Below, piece by piece: positions 57,805-64,000 of a stretch of DNA of 64,000 nt; positions within the stretch are counted from its first letter, which is position 1; every line of letters begins with the position of its first letter. The stretch comes from an uncultured Pelagibacteraceae bacterium (GTDB lineage Bacteria > Pseudomonadota > Alphaproteobacteria > Pelagibacterales > Pelagibacteraceae): NCBI GenBank assembly GCA_902624585.1, contig CACNXU010000001.1, forward strand, positions 7,053 to 71,052. Direction: 5' to 3'. A model generated the notes under the pieces. It was not told the origin of the DNA and searched no databases. It was given only the letters and a program-made list of their open reading frames with translations. The position numbers and the translations under genes were made by a program.

Positions 57805-58859
57805 TGCCAAAAAAATTTGAAAAGCAGTTTATATCTTATTGTGAAAATCAAGATTTAGAAGTTAATTCTAATCAAATCACTGTAATTAAAAAATTAGAAA
57901 AATACCATCACACTAATTACAAATCATTTTTTTCAAAATTATTTTCCCAACAACAATCTAAAAAAGGATTTTATTTATATGGTGGAGTAGGGGTTGGGAA
58001 AACAATGATTTTAAATTTCTTTTATGATCAACTTGATGGAAAAAAATTGAAAAAGCATTTTAATGAGTTTATGTTGGGTTTTCATGATTTTGTTCATGAA
58101 CAAAAAGAAAAAAAAGAAGAAAATATTATTAATCAATTTGTTAAAAATTTGAAATCTAAAGCCTCATTAATTTATTTTGATGAATTTCAAGTTACAAATA
58201 TTGTTGATGCAATGATTTTAGGAAAACTTTTTGAGCAAATTTTCAAAGAAGATATAAAAATTATCCTTACATCGAATACTAAAATTTCAGAACTTTATAA
58301 AGAAGGACTTCAACGAGAGCAATTTATACCTTTTATTAAAATTATGGAGGATCAATCCATTGAGTGCGAATTAAAAATTGAGGACGATTATAGAAAATCA
58401 AGTGATAATAAACAAAATCGATATTTTTTTCCACTTAATCAAGAAACCAATTTTAATATTAATAAATTTTTTAGGACTATAACAAAAGGCAAAAAAAAAT
58501 CTTTAAAGATAATAAATGTAAAAGGAAGAGATTTTAAAATAGAAAACTATTATGAAGGAATTGCAAGATATAGTTTTAATCAACTTTGTGATCAAAATTT
58601 AGGAGCAGAAGATTATTTAGCGATAATTAAAGATTGTAAATTCATAGTTATTGATCAAATACCCCAATTCAATGATGTGAATTCAAATCAACAACAACGT
58701 TTTATCACTTTGTTAGATATAATTTATGATAAAAATATTTCATTAGCAGTTACTGCCGATCAAAATTTAAATCAATTTACATCATCACGATTACTTGAAA
58801 AACCATTTAAACGTACTGTAAGTCGTTTGTACGAACTTACATCAAAGGATTATAATTAA
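57804..58859 (+). CDS. zapE: Cell division ATPase ZapE (AFG1 family)
   Basis: GFYLYGGVGVGKT, HFNEFM, FDEFQV, TSN, LYKEGLQR, RFITLLD, RTVSRL. Confidence 0.92.
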   Translation: MPKKFEKQFISYCENQDLEVNSNQITVIKKLEKYHHTNYKSFFSKLFSQQQSKKGFYLYGGVGVGKTMILNFFYDQLDGKKLKKHFNEFMLGFHDFVHEQKEKKEENIINQFVKNLKSKASLIYFDEFQVTNIVDAMILGKLFEQIFKEDIKIILTSNTKISELYKEGLQREQFIPFIKIMEDQSIECELKIEDDYRKSSDNKQNRYFFPLNQETNFNINKFFRTITKGKKKSLKIINVKGRDFKIENYYEGIARYSFNQLCDQNLGAEDYLAIIKDCKFIVIDQIPQFNDVNSNQQQRFITLLDIIYDKNISLAVTADQNLNQFTSSRLLEKPFKRTVSRLYELTSKDYN

Positions 58860-59278
58860 TGAAACAAGAATTCTATAATCATAAAATTAGTACTAACGGT
58901 CAAAAGTTATATGAATTTACCAATGATACAATTCAGTGGATTCATCAAAATAATTTTAAAAATGGTATTATTAATTTAAGTATTCAGCACACAAGTGCCT
59001 CATTAATTGTACAAGAAAATGCAGATCCAGACGTACAAAATGACTTAATAAATTTCTTTAATAAATTAGCCCCAATGGATAAAAAACTTTATGTTCATAC
59101 GACTGAGGGAAAAGATGATATGCCTGCACATATCAAATCATCTATAACTAATAATCAAATATCTTTGAGTATAAAAGATAGCAAGTTATTACTTGGTACT
59201 TGGCAAGGTTTATATTTATTTGAACATCGTTTAGAACATCAAAATAGAACAATTATTCATCATTTTATTGGAGAATAG
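58859..59278 (+). CDS. yjbQ: YjbQ (UPF0047) family protein
   Basis: HTSASL, ENADPDV, DDMPAHIK, LGTWQG. Confidence 0.9.
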   Translation: MKQEFYNHKISTNGQKLYEFTNDTIQWIHQNNFKNGIINLSIQHTSASLIVQENADPDVQNDLINFFNKLAPMDKKLYVHTTEGKDDMPAHIKSSITNNQISLSIKDSKLLLGTWQGLYLFEHRLEHQNRTIIHHFIGE

Positions 59279-59283
59279 ATAAA

Positions 59284-60702
59284 TTATTTTTTGAGTGACT
59301 GGAAAGCTTCTAAAGCAGCAGCTCTTGCTTTTTCATGTATTACAATAGGTTTAGGGTAATGTTCACCTATAATAGTTTTTATGGCCTCTTGATATTTAAG
59401 CTCCATTTCCCATGGCTTGTGAATAAATTTACTTGGCACTTTGCTTAACTCGGGAACCCATTTTTTTACATAAAGGCCTTCTTTATCAAATTTTTCTCCC
59501 TGTAAAATTGGGTTAAAAATTCTAAAATAAGGTGCAGCATCAGCGCCACAACCGGCAACCCATTGCCATTGAGCTACATTATTTGCTTTGTTGAAATCTA
59601 ATAAACAATTTCTGAAATGTTTTTCTCCTTCTGTCCAATTAATTCTTAAATGTTTAACAAGGAAGGAACCAACTACCATTCTAATTCTGTTGTGCATCCA
59701 TCCAGTTTCGTATAATTCTCTCATCCCTGCGTCAACGATTGGATAGCCAGTCATCCCTGATTTCCATGCTTTTAAAAACTTTTCATTTTTTGCCCATGGG
59801 AATTTATCAAACTCTTTTCTATAATTACCTTTCAAAAATTCTGGGAAATAGTTAATTAAACTGTGTGAAAATTCACGCCAACCTAATTCATTAATATATT
59901 TTCTATACCCAATCCCTTTCGATTTAATTTGATTGCATTTTTGCCAAATTGTACTTACATGAATTTGGCCGTGTTTTATGTAAGGAGATATTTTTGATGT
60001 GCCTTCAATAGAAGGATAATCTCTAGATGTTCCATAATCTTTAATTTTTTTTTCAATTAAATCATTTAGAACTTTTTTAGACTCATTTTCAGAGACTTTC
60101 CAGTATTTTTCAAATTTATTGTACCAATTTTTTTTAGGTAAAATATCTTTTGTGTCAATACAATTCTTAAATACAGAGATTAATTTTGTTTTTTTTTTGA
60201 CAATATAATTTTTGCTTGGAGGCAAGCTTAAATATTTTTCTTCAGCATTTCTCCAGAATGGACTAAATACTTTAAAAGGTGTCCCATCATTTTTTGTAAC
60301 TTCTTGAAATTCATTTAAAATATTTCCTTTAAAATATTTAAATTCAACCTCATTTTTTAAAAAAACATCTCTTATCTTTTTACCTTTAGCGATTACATCT
60401 GGTTCGTATATTTTATTCCAATAAACTGAAACATTATCTTTTTTTTTAATTTTTGATAGGACTTCTAACTCATCTCCTGCTAAAATTTGAAGATTAATTT
60501 TATATTTGTTTAATACTGATTTAAATTCTTCCAAAGACTTATAAAGCCACCATTTTTGTGCTTCTCGTTTTTTATCAAAATCAGCTTTGTTATAAATAAA
60601 TAATCCAATAACATTTTCATGTTTCTGAGTGGCAAAAGAGAGTGCTGGATTATGATCAATTCTAAAATCTTCTCTAATCCAAAATATTGCATTTTTTGTC
60701 AT
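59284..60702 (-). CDS. phrB: Deoxyribodipyrimidine photolyase
   Basis: TSKISPY, ELGWREF, TGYPIVDAGMREL, GWMHNR, WQWVAGCG, FRIFNP. Confidence 0.93.
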   Translation of the reverse strand: MTKNAIFWIREDFRIDHNPALSFATQKHENVIGLFIYNKADFDKKREAQKWWLYKSLEEFKSVLNKYKINLQILAGDELEVLSKIKKKDNVSVYWNKIYEPDVIAKGKKIRDVFLKNEVEFKYFKGNILNEFQEVTKNDGTPFKVFSPFWRNAEEKYLSLPPSKNYIVKKKTKLISVFKNCIDTKDILPKKNWYNKFEKYWKVSENESKKVLNDLIEKKIKDYGTSRDYPSIEGTSKISPYIKHGQIHVSTIWQKCNQIKSKGIGYRKYINELGWREFSHSLINYFPEFLKGNYRKEFDKFPWAKNEKFLKAWKSGMTGYPIVDAGMRELYETGWMHNRIRMVVGSFLVKHLRINWTEGEKHFRNCLLDFNKANNVAQWQWVAGCGADAAPYFRIFNPILQGEKFDKEGLYVKKWVPELSKVPSKFIHKPWEMELKYQEAIKTIIGEHYPKPIVIHEKARAAALEAFQSLKK

Positions 60703-60708
60703 GTTAAT

Positions 60709-61842
60709 TTATTTTCTTCCTTTAGATAGCAGTTGTTTATAAAGTTTAACATCTGCATTTCCTTCGCATCCAATTATTAAAACATTAGATTTTTCGTTAA
60801 GTTCAATCAGATTTTTAGTTTTATAATTATTACAAACACCAATTAGGCTTATAATACCAGGTGTAGAGCATTCCCCTCCAACAATTGATTTTTTGCTAAA
60901 CTTTTTATCTTTGAGCATGGCAGTGGTACTAGCAACATACTTATCACTTACAGAGACACAAAAATTACTAGCTCTTCTCAATACTTGCCAGGGAATATAA
61001 GACATTTCATTACATGACATACCTCCCATTATACTCTCTTTTTTAATTTTAATTTTTTTAAGCTTATTACCCTTAACGCTTTGTAGAACGCAATCTGCTC
61101 TATCAGGTTCAACAATTATAATTTTTGGAATTCTTTTAAAATATTTAGCAACACCTGCTACTACACCAGCAGCCATTCCACCCACACCCGCTTGTAAGAA
61201 AATATGAGTTATATATTGATTTGTTTGTTTGGATATTTCTTTAATCATTATTGAATACCCAGCCATTGTAAGTAAAGGAATTAATTTATAATTTTTTGTT
61301 GAAACATCTTGAACAATTTTCCAATTATTTTTTTTTGATAATCTAATGCATTCTCTTAGAGAGTTTTCATAATCTCCTTTTACCCTTGTTACATCAGCAC
61401 CATATTTTTTTATTTCTTGAACTCTGGAATCACTAACATATTGGCTGACAAAAATTTTACATTTTAAACCTAATCTTTTAGCACCCCAGGCAACAGATCT
61501 GCCATGATTTCCAGCTGTAGCCGATGAGATAATAATATTTTTTTTTCCTTTAGATATTTTTTCAACAGCATAGGCTCCACCTAATGCTTTAAATGATTTT
61601 AAATGAAATCTTTTTGACTCATCTTTATAGAAGACATTATTTACTTTTAATTTTTTTTTTAATTTATCAAGTTTAAGCAAGGGAGTAGCTTTATAGTTTT
61701 TCCAACTCGAAATTGTTTTAAAGGCGTTTAAAAGTATAGATGATGGAATATATCTTAGTATATTTTTTCTTTTAAAATTATAATAATTATTTTTTAATAA
61801 TTTTGTAAGAGACCAGTTATTAATACTTCCTAAACTTCTCAC
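60709..61842 (-). CDS. dpaL: Diaminopropionate ammonia-lyase family PLP enzyme
   Basis: KDESKRFHLKSFKALGG, GNHGRSVAW, IVQD, MAGY, QAGVGG, IMGGMSC; GTG start 1 nt after gmaS stop. Confidence 0.8.
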   Translation of the reverse strand: MRSLGSINNWSLTKLLKNNYYNFKRKNILRYIPSSILLNAFKTISSWKNYKATPLLKLDKLKKKLKVNNVFYKDESKRFHLKSFKALGGAYAVEKISKGKKNIIISSATAGNHGRSVAWGAKRLGLKCKIFVSQYVSDSRVQEIKKYGADVTRVKGDYENSLRECIRLSKKNNWKIVQDVSTKNYKLIPLLTMAGYSIMIKEISKQTNQYITHIFLQAGVGGMAAGVVAGVAKYFKRIPKIIIVEPDRADCVLQSVKGNKLKKIKIKKESIMGGMSCNEMSYIPWQVLRRASNFCVSVSDKYVASTTAMLKDKKFSKKSIVGGECSTPGIISLIGVCNNYKTKNLIELNEKSNVLIIGCEGNADVKLYKQLLSKGRK

Positions 61843-61843
61843 T

Positions 61844-63169
61844 TTAACAGTCTAAAGTATTATCTTTTTCCCATTGTGATACTGGTTTTCTTTTATTAAA
61901 AACATTTCTCGCTTTAAAATTTTTTATCTCTGAATTTTTTAATTTTATATAGCTTTTAATGACATCAGTACCAAATGCTTTTAAAAGCGCTTTACTATTT
62001 TGGAGCATGCTAATGGCTTGGTTAATATCGTTAGGTAATTTCTTAAGTTTAGGATATTTTTTATAATCTTCGTACATATTACAATGAAGAGGTTTTCCTG
62101 GATTTAATTTTTTATTAATTCCCTCTAGTCCTGCAGCAATAATACCTGCTTGAAGTAAATATGGATTTGCTGAACCATCCATTAATCTTAACTCAAATCT
62201 TCCTTTGTCAGGAATTCTAATCATATGAGTTCTGTTATTTCCTGTGTACGAAATACTACTTGGAGACCATGTTGCACCTGATTTTGTTGGTGGAGCGTTT
62301 ATTCTTCTATAGCTATTAATCGTTGGATTAAAAAAAGCAGACAGCGCTTGCGTATTATTCATTATTCCACCTAAGAAATTATAAGCTAACTTACTTAATC
62401 CCAATTGATCTTTATTATCTAAGAATTTATTTATTTTTCCATTCCAAACTGAAACATGAGCATGACAACCATTACCAGTCAAATTACTAAATGGTTTTGG
62501 CATAAAAGTTGCTCTTAAACCATGTTTCTCTGCCAAACTTTTTACCATAAATTTAAAGAAAACATGCCTATCTGCTGTAATAAGTGAGTCTGAATAATCC
62601 CAGTTCATCTCGAATTGACCATTGGCATCTTCGTGGTCATTTTGGTAGGGTTTCCAGCCCATTTCCAACATACAATCACAAATTTCTTTTATTAAATCAT
62701 ATCTTCTCATAAGAGCAGATTGATCATAACAAGGTTTAGATTGAATATCTCTTTTGTCCGCTAAAGAATGTCCATCCTCAGAAATTAAAAAATATTCACA
62801 CTCTACACCTGATTTCATTTGTAGTTTTTTTTGTGATAATTTTTTTATTTGCTCTTTAAGCATTATTCTTGGAGACGCTTTAACAGGTTTGCCATCCATA
62901 TATAAATCAGACGCTAACCATCCAATTTCTTTATTCCATGGAAGTTGAATTAAACTATCAGGATCTGGAACACCAAACATATCACTATCTGCAGGAGTCA
63001 TATCTAGCCATGTCGCAAAACCCGCAAAACCTGCACCATCTTTCTGCATTTCACTAATAGCTTGAGCTGGAACTAATTTAGATCTTAGAACCCCAAACAG
63101 ATCTACGAAACTTATTAAAAAATATTTAATTTTTTTAGTCTTTGCTATCTTTGATAAATTTTTTGGCAT
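61844..63169 (-). CDS. gmaS: Type III glutamate-ammonia ligase / gamma-glutamylmethylamide synthetase
   Basis: RSKLVPA, GAGFAGFATWLD, KPCYDQSALMRRY, YQNDHEDANGQFE, SGATWSP, GNNRTHMIR; next to an MgsC-like gene. Confidence 0.85.
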   Translation of the reverse strand: MPKNLSKIAKTKKIKYFLISFVDLFGVLRSKLVPAQAISEMQKDGAGFAGFATWLDMTPADSDMFGVPDPDSLIQLPWNKEIGWLASDLYMDGKPVKASPRIMLKEQIKKLSQKKLQMKSGVECEYFLISEDGHSLADKRDIQSKPCYDQSALMRRYDLIKEICDCMLEMGWKPYQNDHEDANGQFEMNWDYSDSLITADRHVFFKFMVKSLAEKHGLRATFMPKPFSNLTGNGCHAHVSVWNGKINKFLDNKDQLGLSKLAYNFLGGIMNNTQALSAFFNPTINSYRRINAPPTKSGATWSPSSISYTGNNRTHMIRIPDKGRFELRLMDGSANPYLLQAGIIAAGLEGINKKLNPGKPLHCNMYEDYKKYPKLKKLPNDINQAISMLQNSKALLKAFGTDVIKSYIKLKNSEIKNFKARNVFNKRKPVSQWEKDNTLDC

Positions 63170-63203
63170 AATTGATCTTATGAATATTAAAGAATTGTAT
63201 CAA

Positions 63204-64000
63204 TCACTTTTTTTCTTTTATTCCTGGTATCCAATCACTTCCTGCTAATGGAACTCTAGCCATTGCAGCAGCTTCAACAGTTAGTGCACATAAATCTTCA
63301 GGTTCCAAATTATGCAAACTATTTTTTCCACAAGCTCTTGCAAGTGTTTGCGCCTCTAATGTCATAACTTTTAGATAATTAGTTAATTTTTTACCAGCTT
63401 TTACTGGATCTAATCTTTTCATTAAATTTGGATTTTGAGTTGATATTCCAGCTGGATCATTTCCCTCATGCCAATCATCATAAGCTCCTGCGGTTGAACC
63501 TAGCTTATTGTATTCCTTTTCCCATTTCGGATCGTTATCACCTATAGCTATCATTGCAGCACTGCCTATTGATACTGCATCTGCTCCAAGCGCTAGTGCT
63601 TTTGCAACATCTGCACCATTTCTAATTCCACCTGATATTACTAATTGTACTTCCCTATGCGCATTTAAATCTTGTAGAGCATCTACTGCAGGTCTAATAC
63701 AAGCTAAGGTAGGTTGACCAACATTTTCTATAAAAACTTCTTGGGTAGCAGCTGTTCCTCCTTGCATTCCATCAAGCACAACTACGTCAGCACCTGCTTT
63801 TACAGCTAAAGCAGTATCATAATATGGTCTTGCACCCGCTATTTTTATAAAGATAGGAACTTTCCATTTTGTAATTTCACGTAATTCTAAAATTTTTATT
63901 TTTAAATCATCTGGTCCAGTCCAGTCAGGATGTCTGCATGCAGACCTTTGATCAACTCCCTTTGGTAAAGTTCTCATTTTTGCAACTCTATCATTTATTT
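63204..64000 (-). CDS. mgsC: FMN-binding glutamate synthase family protein (N-methylglutamate synthase MgsC/GlxD), 5'-truncated by window edge
   Basis: DQRSACRHPDWTGPDDL, DGMQGGTAAT, SGGIRNGAD, ARACGK, EAAAMARVPLAG; frame open to window end. Confidence 0.85.
   Translation of the reverse strand, partial: INDRVAKMRTLPKGVDQRSACRHPDWTGPDDLKIKILELREITKWKVPIFIKIAGARPYYDTALAVKAGADVVVLDGMQGGTAATQEVFIENVGQPTLACIRPAVDALQDLNAHREVQLVISGGIRNGADVAKALALGADAVSIGSAAMIAIGDNDPKWEKEYNKLGSTAGAYDDWHEGNDPAGISTQNPNLMKRLDPVKAGKKLTNYLKVMTLEAQTLARACGKNSLHNLEPEDLCALTVEAAAMARVPLAGSDWIPGIKEKK

Noticed and set aside
61844-63169. Calling this gene housekeeping glnA
   Set aside because: Type III motifs and adjacency to an MgsC-like gene favour GmaS/GlnT
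609-63717. Short antisense or alternate-frame ORFs in the ORF track (e.g. 609-797, 11436-11783, 12086-12460, 21378-21692, 33703-34008, 35139-35462, 53797-54066)
   Set aside because: They lie within or largely overlap well-supported genes, have no recognisable motifs, and read as antisense shadows
1-64000. CRISPR arrays, tRNA/rRNA, transposases, integrases, prophage
   Set aside because: No regularly spaced repeats, cloverleaf or rRNA-like tracts, or mobile-element proteins seen; intergenic gaps are nearly all under 160 nt

Overview
AT-rich, very compact bacterial chromosome segment. Short or overlapping intergenic spaces and the gene content (rodA, two Liv-type ABC systems, CsiD, Pot-type ABC, acnA, phrB, type III glutamine-synthetase-like gmaS, NMG-synthase-like gene) point to a streamlined marine alphaproteobacterium, most likely SAR11/Pelagibacterales (inference). 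There are about 60 CDS. I saw no rRNA, tRNA, CRISPR array or transposase. Most of the window encodes uptake and catabolism of small nitrogenous osmolytes and organic acids. Best leads: (i) a trigonelline-pathway-like (Tgn) cluster with a divergent luciferase-like monooxygenase, an inserted Xsc-like ThDP enzyme and a structured leader (21.8-27.6 kb); (ii) a diaminopropionate ammonia-lyase homolog with an altered active-site motif directly behind the methylamine/N-methylglutamate genes, a candidate BMAA lyase; (iii) a class II aldolase coupled to a gamma-butyrobetaine-dioxygenase-like gene; (iv) a hairpin RNA before rhtB/lysE whose loop is complementary to the translation start region of livF in the second Liv operon; (v) two unannotated small proteins inside transporter operons. 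Family calls rest on motif recognition and recalled sequences. No searches or folding programs were run.
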